Assembly: GCA_030592465.1 (NCBI GenBank)
Contig: JAUVJB010000001.1
Coordinates: 1-45,776, forward strand
Direction: 5' to 3'
From: Bacteroidota bacterium
Lineage (GTDB): Bacteria; Bacteroidota; Bacteroidia; Bacteroidales; B39-G9
DNA: 45,776 nt
Of the stretch, positions 14,106 to 24,844 are shown piece after piece; positions within the stretch are counted from its first letter, which is position 1, and each line of letters opens with the position of its first letter. A program made the position numbers and the translations under genes. The notes under the pieces were generated by a model. That model saw nothing but the letters and a program-made list of their open reading frames with translations, made no database searches and was not told the origin of the DNA.

Positions 14106-17057
14106 ATGAGAAACAAATACTTATTAATAACACTTGCAGTTGTAACAACAGTTGTTTTATTATCATTTTCCCCTTTTAAAGGAGATGTTACAAAAAATTA
14201 CACTCCTCGTAATACCATCCAACAACAAAAAAGAGGGATAAAAGGCGCAATTGAATGGGTAAGTAGAAGAAGAAATAATCAAATTACTCATACAGTTGAC
14301 CCTAAAGATATTATCAAAGCTCAAAAAAAAATATCAGCTCTAAGAATGCAAAAAAATAAATCATCATTAGGTTTAGAATGGACAGAACTTGGACCCGATA
14401 ATATTGGTGGCAGAACACGTGCAATTTTAATTGATAAAGATAATCCTAATCTTATGTTTGCAGGCGGTGTTGCCGGTGGTTTGTGGAAATCAACAACTGC
14501 AGGTCAAGCATGGTCACAAGTAACAGATGTAAATTTTATTAATCTCGCAGTTGTTTCAATTTGTCAAGCTGCAAACGGTGATATTTATTTTGGCACAGGA
14601 GAAGGTATGGCTCATAACTTAGGTGACGGTACAAGTGGTTTTGAAGGTGCAGGTATTTGGAAATCAACCAACCATGGTGAAACTTTCACTAAACTAACAT
14701 CTACTTGGGACACTCCGGAAGCACAAAGTATTTTTGTTAATGTTAATAAATTAGCAGCCGACCCTGATGATGCCAACTTAATTTATGCTGCTACTAAAAG
14801 AGGCTTGCGGTACACTAACGATGGTGGTACAAATTGGAACAGCGCATTAAGTGTTGCAGAGTATGACACATTAGTTGCTTCTGATGTAAAAATTGCAAGT
14901 GATGGCTCTATTATTGCATCTATCGGGAATATTGCTTTTATCAAACGTAAAGGTACTGATAATGCTTTTCAAAAACGTTCCGGAGACGATGAAGATGAAG
15001 ACGGAACCCAAATCTCAGACTCATTAATAAGTCGTCTTGAATTTGCTTTTTCTCCATCCGACCCTAATTATGTCTATTGTGCTGCAGCAAAAACTGATGG
15101 AACATTAAGAAATATTTATCAATCAAAAGATAAGGGTGATACTTGGAAAATTATTGGTAACGGAGGTGCTGAACAATTCCAACCATTTGGTACACAAGGT
15201 AGTTATAACAATGTTATTGCTGTTTATCCCGATAATCCTGAGAAAATTCTTGTTGGAGGTCTTGATATTTGGAGAGGTACTTCTGTTGCAGGTTCTGTTA
15301 CTTTTGAATGGGAACAAATTACACTATGGGGTTTATTTTCTATACATCCATTATACGTACATGCCGACCAACATGTAATTATTTTCAATCCTCTAAATCC
15401 TTCAATAATATTTATTGGAAGTGATGGCGGTATTACACGTGCTATTGATGATGGAAAAAGCTTTACTTGTCAAACTATGAACACTAATTATAATGTTACT
15501 CAATTTTATTCTGTTGCTTACTCAGGCACCGGAGAACTATTAGGCGGCACACAAGATAATGGTACATTATATTTTAACTTTATGGGAAACACTCCGAAAA
15601 ATGCTTTTGAAATTTTGGACGGAGACGGAGGCTATTGCGAATTTTCTAAATTAAATCCAAATATCTACTTTGCTACAATGTATTATGGAGGACTCGTACG
15701 AACCAGTGATTTAGAAAAATTTGGGCAAGAATTTTATTCCGAGAAATTAATAACTGCTTTAACGAATTATGGTGCAGCATTTGTTACTCCTGTTGCATTG
15801 TGGGAAACAAAAAACGACCCATTAAGCAGAGATACTATTTATTTTGTTGCAAAACGTGATTACTATGAAGGTGAACAAATAACTTTTAAAAGTCATAATG
15901 CTTATGAACAGCCTATTCCATTTACAATTTCTGCAAATGATGCTCATCCTGATTCTTTATCTTACGTTAAAGATGACACAATAAAAATTCACGACCCTTA
16001 TCAATCATTATTTGCTTTAGGACTAACTAAATCTGTTTGGATAACCCGAATGGCTACCAATTTCAACACTACTGTTGGTGATAACGATTGGTGGTCAATT
16101 GTAAAACCAACTGTACTTTCATACGATGAAACTGTTGAATACTTAGCGTTCTCAAACGATGGAAATCATTTATTCTTCTCAACAAACAAAAATAAACTCT
16201 ATCGTTCATCAAACCTTAAAAATGCCCGCAGCTATCTTAACGCTGATGCGGTCTCTGCTGGAGATGCATTAGTTGTTAATACTCAACTCATTGCCGATTT
16301 TAATGATAGAGCTATTACAAGTATCACTACTGACCCTCAAAATGTTGAAAATCTTGTAGTAACACTCGGTAACTATGGTAATGATAATTATGTTTATTTT
16401 TCAACAAATGCAGCAACTACCACAAGTGAAGATGTAAATGTGAATTTTGCCTCACGTCAAGGCGATTTACCTCAAGCACCTGTTTATTCAGCAACTTTCC
16501 ACTACGAAGGCTCTGAAAAAGTTATTCTTGGTACTGAATATGGTGTTTTTGCAACAGATATAATTTCAGGAGGTCATGGACAAGTATCAGAAACTTGTGT
16601 TTGGACAGAAGAAAATACCGGTTTAGACATTGTTCCTGTTTTTATGGTTCGTGAACAAGCTTGGGCAAACTCTTGGCAACCACACATTACTAATCATGGA
16701 TATTTATATGTGGCTACTCACGGCAGAGGCTTATTTTATAGCAAAACACTAAAAGGTCCTGTTTCTATTGATGAAAACCCTATTGCTTTAAATTCATCTA
16801 ATAAGATTAATATTGATGTTTATCCTAACCCGATTGTTGATGTTGCAAATATTTCTTATGACATTACTGATAACTCAGATGTTCAAATTAATCTTTATAA
16901 CATTCAAGGTAAATTAGTTAAAAAAGTTAATTTGTCTGCTCAAACAATTGGTAAACACAACTATCAATTTAACATTAAAGGTATAACCCAAGGTACATAT
17001 ATTTTAAATATTGTAGCGGGTAATAAATCAAACTCAAAAAGAGTTATTATTTACTAA
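14106..17057 (+). CDS. T9SS cargo: BNR/sortilin(VPS10)-like beta-propeller protein with type-A C-terminal sorting domain
   Basis: N-terminal signal anchor. GGRTRAILIDKDNPNLMFAGGVAGGLWKSTTAGQAWSQV plus repeated S-x-D-x-G-x-T/W-type blades (KSTNHGETF, TNDGGTNW, SKDKGDTW, DDGKSF). C-terminus VYPNPIVDVANISYDI...LYNIQGKLV...GTYILNIV is a T9SS CTD. Confidence 0.85.
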   Translation: MRNKYLLITLAVVTTVVLLSFSPFKGDVTKNYTPRNTIQQQKRGIKGAIEWVSRRRNNQITHTVDPKDIIKAQKKISALRMQKNKSSLGLEWTELGPDNIGGRTRAILIDKDNPNLMFAGGVAGGLWKSTTAGQAWSQVTDVNFINLAVVSICQAANGDIYFGTGEGMAHNLGDGTSGFEGAGIWKSTNHGETFTKLTSTWDTPEAQSIFVNVNKLAADPDDANLIYAATKRGLRYTNDGGTNWNSALSVAEYDTLVASDVKIASDGSIIASIGNIAFIKRKGTDNAFQKRSGDDEDEDGTQISDSLISRLEFAFSPSDPNYVYCAAAKTDGTLRNIYQSKDKGDTWKIIGNGGAEQFQPFGTQGSYNNVIAVYPDNPEKILVGGLDIWRGTSVAGSVTFEWEQITLWGLFSIHPLYVHADQHVIIFNPLNPSIIFIGSDGGITRAIDDGKSFTCQTMNTNYNVTQFYSVAYSGTGELLGGTQDNGTLYFNFMGNTPKNAFEILDGDGGYCEFSKLNPNIYFATMYYGGLVRTSDLEKFGQEFYSEKLITALTNYGAAFVTPVALWETKNDPLSRDTIYFVAKRDYYEGEQITFKSHNAYEQPIPFTISANDAHPDSLSYVKDDTIKIHDPYQSLFALGLTKSVWITRMATNFNTTVGDNDWWSIVKPTVLSYDETVEYLAFSNDGNHLFFSTNKNKLYRSSNLKNARSYLNADAVSAGDALVVNTQLIADFNDRAITSITTDPQNVENLVVTLGNYGNDNYVYFSTNAATTTSEDVNVNFASRQGDLPQAPVYSATFHYEGSEKVILGTEYGVFATDIISGGHGQVSETCVWTEENTGLDIVPVFMVREQAWANSWQPHITNHGYLYVATHGRGLFYSKTLKGPVSIDENPIALNSSNKINIDVYPNPIVDVANISYDITDNSDVQINLYNIQGKLVKKVNLSAQTIGKHNYQFNIKGITQGTYILNIVAGNKSNSKRVIIY

Positions 17058-17081
17058 TATCAATAAATATTTACTTATTAA

Positions 17082-17118
17082 ATAAGGGCTTTCATTTTGA
17101 AAACCCTTATTTTTTTTT
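17082..17118 (+). terminator. Rho-independent terminator after 14106-17057
   Basis: Stem ataaggg(17082-17088)/cccttat(17104-17110), with inner tttca/tgaaa pairing, followed by a T-run of ~9. Confidence 0.7.
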
Positions 17119-17217
17119 AAAATTTTTACATTTGGTAAAATATAAATTAAAATAAAATGCAGCATAAATAAAACAGCATCGTCTTTTAAATGATTATTAA
17201 TAATAAAACATAAAAAG

Positions 17218-17916
17218 ATGAAAACAAAAATTTTATTCAACGCATTTGCTCTATTTGTATTATTCTCATGCAGTAACGCAAATTCTGAAGTTATTAAACA
17301 AGAACGTAAGGTTGAGCAATTTTCAAAAATTGATTTAAATATTGCAGCACATGTCTATTTAAAACAAGGAAATAAACAAAGTGTTGTTATTGAAACAGAT
17401 GATGGCTATATCGATAACATAAAAACTGTTGTTAATAACAATACATTAGTAATTAAAATAGACAAATGGATGTTACATTATAAAGATGTAAATGTTTATA
17501 TTACAATACCGAATGTTGATGGTTTAGAAATCTCGGGGTCAGGCAAAATTGAAGCTTTAACTTTAATAAAAACAACGCATCTGAATCTTGATGTTAGCGG
17601 AAGTGGCAAAATTCATATACCTGAGCTAAATGCCACAAACGTTTCTGCAGATATTTCCGGGTCAGGCAGGATAAATTTAGAAGGAAAATCCAACATCAAT
17701 AAATTAAGCTTTGGCATTAGCGGCTCAGGTAAATTTACCTGCACCGAACAAGCACAAAACATAACCGGCAGCATTAGCGGCTCCGGCACAGGTGATGTAT
17801 ATGCTACAAAAAACATGAATATCAATATCTCAGGAAGCGGTAAAGTATATTATAAAGGCAAACCTCTAATAAACTGCGATATTAGCGGTTCGGGTAAACT
17901 TATTGAAAATAATTAG
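17218..17916 (+). CDS. GIN-domain (DUF2807) putative lipoprotein
   Basis: Lipobox LFSCSN and six repeats of the (S/E)GSGK/R-I motif typical of head GIN domain / DUF2807 beta-helix proteins. Confidence 0.75.
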   Translation: MKTKILFNAFALFVLFSCSNANSEVIKQERKVEQFSKIDLNIAAHVYLKQGNKQSVVIETDDGYIDNIKTVVNNNTLVIKIDKWMLHYKDVNVYITIPNVDGLEISGSGKIEALTLIKTTHLNLDVSGSGKIHIPELNATNVSADISGSGRINLEGKSNINKLSFGISGSGKFTCTEQAQNITGSISGSGTGDVYATKNMNINISGSGKVYYKGKPLINCDISGSGKLIENN

Positions 17917-17933
17917 TAAAAATATTTGTATTA

Positions 17934-17983
17934 AATAAGGTTAGTCCTCATTGTCTAATTGACAAGTGAGGACTAATCTTATT
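17934..17983. terminator. Bidirectional hairpin between convergent genes 17218-17916 (+) and 17990-20905 (-)
   Basis: ttagtcctca-ttgtc / gacaagtgaggactaa form a ~15-bp stem with one bulge (17941-17976), extended by aataagg/tcttatt. A T-run follows on the + strand. Confidence 0.65.
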
Positions 17984-17989
17984 GTTTTT

Positions 17990-20905
17990 TTATTGTATTA
18001 ATATTTTTGTTTTAATCAGCTCTTTATCAGTATGTAAACTAATAAGAAATATTCCTTTTCCAAATTTTGATAAATCAATATTCTCTTTTGATTTCATGTC
18101 TTTTTTACAAAAAACAGTTTTCCCTATCATATTTGTTATTTTCAATTCCTTTATCTTTATTGGGTTTTCAACAATAATATTGATTATCCCTGTCGAAGGA
18201 TTCGGAAAAATTTTTATACTTTCATTTGCTAAATTTTTAATGCTTGAAATAACTGATAATGTGGCTATGTTACTTGTAATGTTTCCACAGGCATCTGTCC
18301 CTGTTATTTCGCAGGTATAATCCCCTGCATCATCATTTGTGATTTTATTTATTGTAAGTTGATGTGTTATTGCACCATTAATGTGTGTATTGTTGTTTAA
18401 TACACTATCATCTTTATACCATTGGTAATTAATAATATCTCCTTCGGCTATAACTGTAAATACAGCATCTTCATTTATATTTAACGATTGTGAAATAGGT
18501 TGTGTTGTAATTAAAACTGATTGATCAACAAATAAAGTTGCAGTATCGCTAATAATGCTATCAGTTACACTACTTACTATACATTGATATTGGTATCCAT
18601 CAATGTCTGCCGTTGCATTGGTAATAGTTAGTGTGTCTGTTGTTGCTCCGCTATAAACACTTCCGTTTGTAATATTTATAAAGCCACTGCTTTCATTAAC
18701 TTGCCATTGATAACTTTCTACTCCTGTTACTGTAATACTAAAATTTGTGCTATTGCCTTCGCAAATTGTTTGATTTTCCGGTTGAGATGTAATTATTGGA
18801 AGCGAACCCAGATAATTATCTAATTTTGAAATAAACACATCGTCATCTCCGGCATAAGAATCATCATAAGCCCCTGATGATACCGGATAATTGCTTGATG
18901 TTGTATAACCTGTTACAAATACATTACCTGAAACATCAACAACTATTTCAGTACCGACATCTTCTCCTGCCCCTCCGAGAAAAGTAGAAGCGAATAAAGA
19001 GCTTAAATCAGAATTAAATTTAGAAATAAAGATATCACTTATATCGCCGTTATGCGAATTATCGTAAGCTGTTGTTGAAGTAGGAAAATCAGTTGACCCT
19101 GTATATCCTGTAATAAACACATTACCTGAAGTATCTAAATCAATTGAATAACATTCTTCATAACCTGAACCTCCTATAAAAGTAGATGCAGATAAAGTAC
19201 TCAAATCTGAATTAAATTTTGAAACAAACACATCACGACTTCCATTATGTATATTATCGTAAGCAGATGCAGATGTGGGAAAGTCGTCCGATTTAGTATG
19301 CCCTGTAACATATACATTATTAAAATCGTCAAGTTTGATCGAATAACCATAATCGGTATCGGTTCCTCCAATAAAAGTAGATGCTGATAAAGTACTTAAA
19401 TCTGATGTAAATTTTGAAACAAAGGCATCATAAGAACCATTGTGTGAAGGGTCATAAGCTCCTGCTGTTGAGGGATAATACGATGAGTATGTTTCTCCTG
19501 TAATATATACATTACCGGAACTGTCAAGCCTCAATGAATAACTAATATCACTTTCACTTCCTCCGATTAAAGTAGATGCAGAAAGTATGCTTAAATCAGA
19601 ATTTAGTTTTGATACAAAAACATCAATATTTCCGTTAAACGTTTCATTATAAGCCCCTGATGTTGTTGGATAACCTATGCCATATACAAATCCGGTAATA
19701 AAAATACTATCTGTGCCATCAATCGCAATTGAATAAGCTTTTTCAACATTAGTTCCTCCTATATAAGTTGATGCAAGCAAAGAGCTTAAATCAGAATTGA
19801 ATTTTGCAACAAATACATCATAATTACCGCTAAGTGAATTATCATAAGGTGTTCCGGCCATAGGGAAATCATTTGACCAAGTATTTCCAGTGATATAAAT
19901 ATTACTATTGCTGTCAAAAGCAAGATACCTGCTGTAGTCTGAATTACTGCCACCCACAAAAGTTGATATCAATAAGGTTTGTAAATCAGGACTGAATTTT
20001 GAAATAAAGACATCATAAGCTCCATTAACAGAAGTATTATATGCCCCTGCCGTTGTAGGGTAAAATGTTGAATGTGTTTCACCGGTAACAAAAATATTTC
20101 CCGAATCATCTAAAACCACACACCAACTGTCATCTCTTCCTGTTCCTCCCACAAAAGTAGAAGCAATAAGAGGATCAATTACAAGCTCATAATCAGGATT
20201 GTAATTACCAACTTCAAAACCATAAGTTTTATTGTTTTTTGTGTAAGCAACTTCTACATAATGCTTTTTGTTTTCGATAATCTGATATGCAACAGGAGTA
20301 GTAAATTTAATATTTCCTTGTGTAGTTTTAATAATAAGCTCACCGTTTTTAGCAATCTTTATTTTTTTTGCACCTTTAAGTTTTAGTTGTATTTTTTCAG
20401 GGGAAATGCCAGGACCTACATAAAAAAGTTTTTCTATATTATTGCCATAAGCATTAAGTTTAACTTTTATGCCTTCCCAAATTTGACCAAGATTTACAGT
20501 TTGATATGTTGTGATATTATTTTGCCATTTATTAGGATCATCGCCAATAAATGAGTTTACAATTGTTTGTGACGGCAATTCTGCAGAAACCTGTAATGTT
20601 TTTTTGTTTGTTTCAAAAGTTTCGCGAAAAACATATGAACTCAAACTGTCAACAGACATGTTATAAACTATTTCGCCTTTATGTGTCAGGAAAACCGTTC
20701 CTCCAAATGTTTTGGCATAAAAAGCCACGTCAGAGTGCTTCTGTCCTTTATTTTTTATCCAAGGAATTTTTGTTTTGTCAATTTCTTTTGATATTGCTGC
20801 TTTTTCAATATCAGATAAACTGTTTTGTTGAAAATTGATTTGAGCATTTGTGTTAATATAAATAAAATATAAACATGCTAGTAACAGTAATAATTTTGAT
20901 TTCAT
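17990..20905 (-). CDS. T9SS cargo: seven SBBP beta-propeller repeats + two Ig (I-set-like) domains + C-terminal sorting domain
   Basis: Seven ~63-aa repeats of STF(I/V)GG..D....I.(L)D..GN(V/I)(F/Y)(I/V)TG.T.S..FP(T)...AYD....G..D(V)F(V/I)SKFNSDLS(T)L. Two segments have the YQWQ/YQWYKDD...DAGDYTC Ig pattern. C-terminus IKIFPNPSTGIINIIVE...GIFLISL. Confidence 0.85.
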   Translation of the reverse strand: MKSKLLLLLACLYFIYINTNAQINFQQNSLSDIEKAAISKEIDKTKIPWIKNKGQKHSDVAFYAKTFGGTVFLTHKGEIVYNMSVDSLSSYVFRETFETNKKTLQVSAELPSQTIVNSFIGDDPNKWQNNITTYQTVNLGQIWEGIKVKLNAYGNNIEKLFYVGPGISPEKIQLKLKGAKKIKIAKNGELIIKTTQGNIKFTTPVAYQIIENKKHYVEVAYTKNNKTYGFEVGNYNPDYELVIDPLIASTFVGGTGRDDSWCVVLDDSGNIFVTGETHSTFYPTTAGAYNTSVNGAYDVFISKFSPDLQTLLISTFVGGSNSDYSRYLAFDSNSNIYITGNTWSNDFPMAGTPYDNSLSGNYDVFVAKFNSDLSSLLASTYIGGTNVEKAYSIAIDGTDSIFITGFVYGIGYPTTSGAYNETFNGNIDVFVSKLNSDLSILSASTLIGGSESDISYSLRLDSSGNVYITGETYSSYYPSTAGAYDPSHNGSYDAFVSKFTSDLSTLSASTFIGGTDTDYGYSIKLDDFNNVYVTGHTKSDDFPTSASAYDNIHNGSRDVFVSKFNSDLSTLSASTFIGGSGYEECYSIDLDTSGNVFITGYTGSTDFPTSTTAYDNSHNGDISDIFISKFNSDLSSLFASTFLGGAGEDVGTEIVVDVSGNVFVTGYTTSSNYPVSSGAYDDSYAGDDDVFISKLDNYLGSLPIITSQPENQTICEGNSTNFSITVTGVESYQWQVNESSGFINITNGSVYSGATTDTLTITNATADIDGYQYQCIVSSVTDSIISDTATLFVDQSVLITTQPISQSLNINEDAVFTVIAEGDIINYQWYKDDSVLNNNTHINGAITHQLTINKITNDDAGDYTCEITGTDACGNITSNIATLSVISSIKNLANESIKIFPNPSTGIINIIVENPIKIKELKITNMIGKTVFCKKDMKSKENIDLSKFGKGIFLISLHTDKELIKTKILIQ

Positions 20906-21263
20906 TTATAAATATTTTTTAAATGTTAAATAAAAAATCGGAATTAATTTGTTGTTAATATTCATTGTTATTTTTTGTCTTTACAGGACATAGCTGTTAT
21001 TTGTCTCGTAAAACGATTATTTTTACTTCTTTAGCATTCTGCAATTTTATATCTAATCACTTCTGTTTCAAGTATATATAAAAAAAGATAGAATCTTTAT
21101 AAAAGGCATAAAGTTAATAATAATTGTTGTATTATAAAATGGCTAAATTTTATTTTGAGGTGCTGAGTGAAATTAAATTTATCGTCCGCCAGTAGTCGGA
21201 CACGTGTCCGTCAGCTGACGGATAAATGTAGCTTTCAGGCACTATTTATTTTAAATCAAAAAA

Positions 21264-21294
21264 TTGCATGATAATTCATTTTTTTATATTTTTG
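21264..21294 (+). promoter_or_regulatory. Candidate Bacteroidota sigma-A promoter for gap (-33 TTG at 21264-21266; -7 TATTTTTG at 21287-21294)
   Basis: Matches the TAnnTTTG -7 consensus with TTG 20 nt upstream, ~50 nt before the gap ATG. Pattern match only, in AT-rich DNA. Confidence 0.35.
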
Positions 21295-21332
21295 CAAAAT
21301 AATTTTTAAATAAAGTTTTTAATTTAATATAA

Positions 21333-22349
<1,017 letters not shown>

Positions 22350-22369
22350 ATTTACGATAAAAATATTTT

Positions 22370-22403
22370 ATAGCCTGAAGTTAATCTTTAGGCTATTTTT
22401 TTA
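22370..22403 (+). terminator. Rho-independent terminator after gap
   Basis: atagcct(22370-22376)/aggctat(22390-22396) stem, 13-nt loop, then T7. Confidence 0.65.
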
Positions 22404-22434
22404 TTCAAACAAATTATCATAAAACTTAAACATC

Positions 22435-23850
22435 TTGAGAAAAAGAAAACAATTACCTTTTTTTGAAAAAGTAAAAATTATTGACATTGGTGCCGAAGGA
22501 AAAGCAATCGCAAAAATTAACGACTTAATTATTTTTATTCCATACGTAATACCCGGCGATATTGTTGACATTCAGATAAATAAAAAAAAGAAGAATTATC
22601 TTGAGGGTTATGTTGTAAAATTTCATGAATATTCGCCAAACAGACAAGAACCATTTTGTTCACATTTTGGAATTTGTGGTGGTTGTAAATGGCAAATTTT
22701 ACCATACGAAGATCAATTAAAATATAAACAAAAACAAATTGTTGACAATTTAGAAAGAATAGGAAAAATAGAATTACCACAAGTTAATGACATACTGCCT
22801 TCAGAAAACACCACATATTACAGAAATAAATTAGAATTTTCTTTTTCAAACAAAAGATGGTTAACTTATGATGAAATTGATGATGCAGACAATGAAACAA
22901 AACAAATGAATGCTCTGGGATTTCATATACCAAAGAAATTCGATAAAATATTAAATATTGAACATTGCTATTTACAAAAAGAACCCTCAAATAAAATCAG
23001 ACTTGCCGTAAAAAAAATTGCATTAGAAAATAACCTGTCATTTTTTGATTTAAGAAAGCAAACAGGATTACTACGCAATTTGATTATAAGAACTTCAACA
23101 ACAAATGAATTAATGGTAATTGTTTCATTTTATTATGAAGACAAAGAAAAAAGGGAAAAATTATTAAATTATATTGCTGATAATTTTAATGAGATAACTT
23201 CATTGATGTACGTAATAAACCCAAAACCAAATGATAGTATTACAGACTTGGAAGTCAAACTTTTTAAAGGTAATGATCATATTTTTGAGGTGATGGAAAA
23301 TCTTAAATTTAAGATAGGACCAAAATCATTTTATCAGACAAACTCAGAACAAGCATATAACTTATATAAAATAGTTAGAGAATTTGCAAACCTATCAGGC
23401 AAAGAAATTGTTTACGATTTATATACAGGAACAGGAACAATTGCAAATTTTATAGCCAAACAAACAAAAAAGGTAATAGGCATTGAGTATGTAAAAGAAG
23501 CTATTGAAGATGCTAAAATTAATTCAAAAATAAATAATATTAACAACACTGAATTTTTTGCAGGAGATATAAAAGACGTTTTATCTCAAGAGTTTATCGA
23601 TAATGAAGGAAACCCTGATGTAATAATTATTGACCCTCCACGTGCAGGTATGCACAAAAATGTAATAGAAAGTATTTTATACGCAATGCCTGAAAAAATT
23701 GTTTATGTAAGTTGTAATCCTGCAACTCAAGCTCGCGACATTAATTTATTATCAGATAATTATTCGGTCGAAAAAATTCAACCTGTTGACATGTTTCCAC
23801 ACACTCACCATGTTGAAAACGTAGCTTTATTAAAACTAAAAATGACATAA
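22435..23850 (+). CDS. rlmD: 23S rRNA (uracil-5-)-methyltransferase RlmD/RumA family (TRAM + Fe-S + MTase); TTG start
   Basis: TRAM-like N-terminus (IIDIGAEGKAIAK), Cys cluster CSHFGICGGCKWQ, SAM motif DLYTGTGT, catalytic IIIDPPRAG and VSCNP. Confidence 0.9.
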   Translation: MRKRKQLPFFEKVKIIDIGAEGKAIAKINDLIIFIPYVIPGDIVDIQINKKKKNYLEGYVVKFHEYSPNRQEPFCSHFGICGGCKWQILPYEDQLKYKQKQIVDNLERIGKIELPQVNDILPSENTTYYRNKLEFSFSNKRWLTYDEIDDADNETKQMNALGFHIPKKFDKILNIEHCYLQKEPSNKIRLAVKKIALENNLSFFDLRKQTGLLRNLIIRTSTTNELMVIVSFYYEDKEKREKLLNYIADNFNEITSLMYVINPKPNDSITDLEVKLFKGNDHIFEVMENLKFKIGPKSFYQTNSEQAYNLYKIVREFANLSGKEIVYDLYTGTGTIANFIAKQTKKVIGIEYVKEAIEDAKINSKINNINNTEFFAGDIKDVLSQEFIDNEGNPDVIIIDPPRAGMHKNVIESILYAMPEKIVYVSCNPATQARDINLLSDNYSVEKIQPVDMFPHTHHVENVALLKLKMT

Positions 23851-23972
23851 AAAAATAATTATACATTAAATATGATTGTCAAAATTTTTTAATTAACAAA
23901 TATTTTTTAAATTTGTATGTTTTGTAACATGAAATTTGTTTTTATTAAAAAATATAAAACACACAAAGCCAA

Positions 23973-24674
23973 ATGAACCTTAATAATATTAATTGCAGTA
24001 AATACATAAACGATAAAAATAGTATTTTTAATGTATTGTCTCGCAAAGAAAAAAACACCTTAATAAAAAATCATATTGTATCTTCTTATAAAAAAAACGA
24101 TACCATTTTTAAACAAGGTGAAATTCCAAATGGTTTACTTTGTTTAATTGAGGGTAAGGTTAAAATTTTTAAAAAAGGAGTTGGCGGTAGAGATCAAATA
24201 CTCAGAATGACTAAACCCATTGACATTGTTGGCTACAGGGCTTTGCTTGCAAATGAACCATATATTTCATCAGCTGTTGCTCTCGAAGATTCTGCAATTT
24301 GTGCTTTTGATAAAGACAACCTTTATGAATTAATTCACAACAATAACAATTTTGCTATAAATTTAATTAAACTACTCTCAACAGAATTAGGTTTTTCAAA
24401 TAAAAGAATAGTTGCACTTACTCAAAAACATATTAGAGGAAGACTTGCCGAAACACTTTTATTTTTAAAAAATACTTATGGATTTGAAAAAGATGATTAC
24501 ACCTTAAATATTTGTCTGTCGCGTGAAGACCTTGCTAACTTATCAAATATGACTACTTCAAATGCTATACGCACTTTATCTACTTTTGCTAACGAGGGAG
24601 TAATATCTGTTAAAGGAAGAAAAATAAAAATTAGGGATATTAAACAATTAGAAAAAATTAATTATTTGGGATAA
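23973..24674 (+). CDS. Crp/Fnr family transcriptional regulator
   Basis: cNMP-binding fold (FKQGE...LIEGKVKIF...GRDQILRM) and C-terminal HTH (SREDLANLSNMTTSNAIRTLSTFANEG). Confidence 0.9.
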   Translation: MNLNNINCSKYINDKNSIFNVLSRKEKNTLIKNHIVSSYKKNDTIFKQGEIPNGLLCLIEGKVKIFKKGVGGRDQILRMTKPIDIVGYRALLANEPYISSAVALEDSAICAFDKDNLYELIHNNNNFAINLIKLLSTELGFSNKRIVALTQKHIRGRLAETLLFLKNTYGFEKDDYTLNICLSREDLANLSNMTTSNAIRTLSTFANEGVISVKGRKIKIRDIKQLEKINYLG

Positions 24675-24844
24675 CTTTCTTATCATCAATAAATTATCAC
24701 ATCTTCCTTAAATTTTAAGCATTGATAGAATATTGCTGTTATTAATTTATTAAAAAAGTTTAATAACAATAATAAATTTATATCTTTGTACGAGCTTAAT
24801 TCAAGCTATGTTATAACTTTATAATTTTTTCGTAATTTGCTAAA

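Noticed and set aside
17982-18320. 112-aa + strand ORF overlapping the SBBP gene C-terminus (also 20551-20838, 17613-17825, 15123-15378)
   Set aside because: They are antisense to, or nested in, well-supported cargo genes and have no motifs.
24675-24844. ZTP (pfl) riboswitch upstream of purH
   Set aside because: The spacer is uniformly AT-rich and lacks the GC-rich conserved pfl pseudoknot segments.
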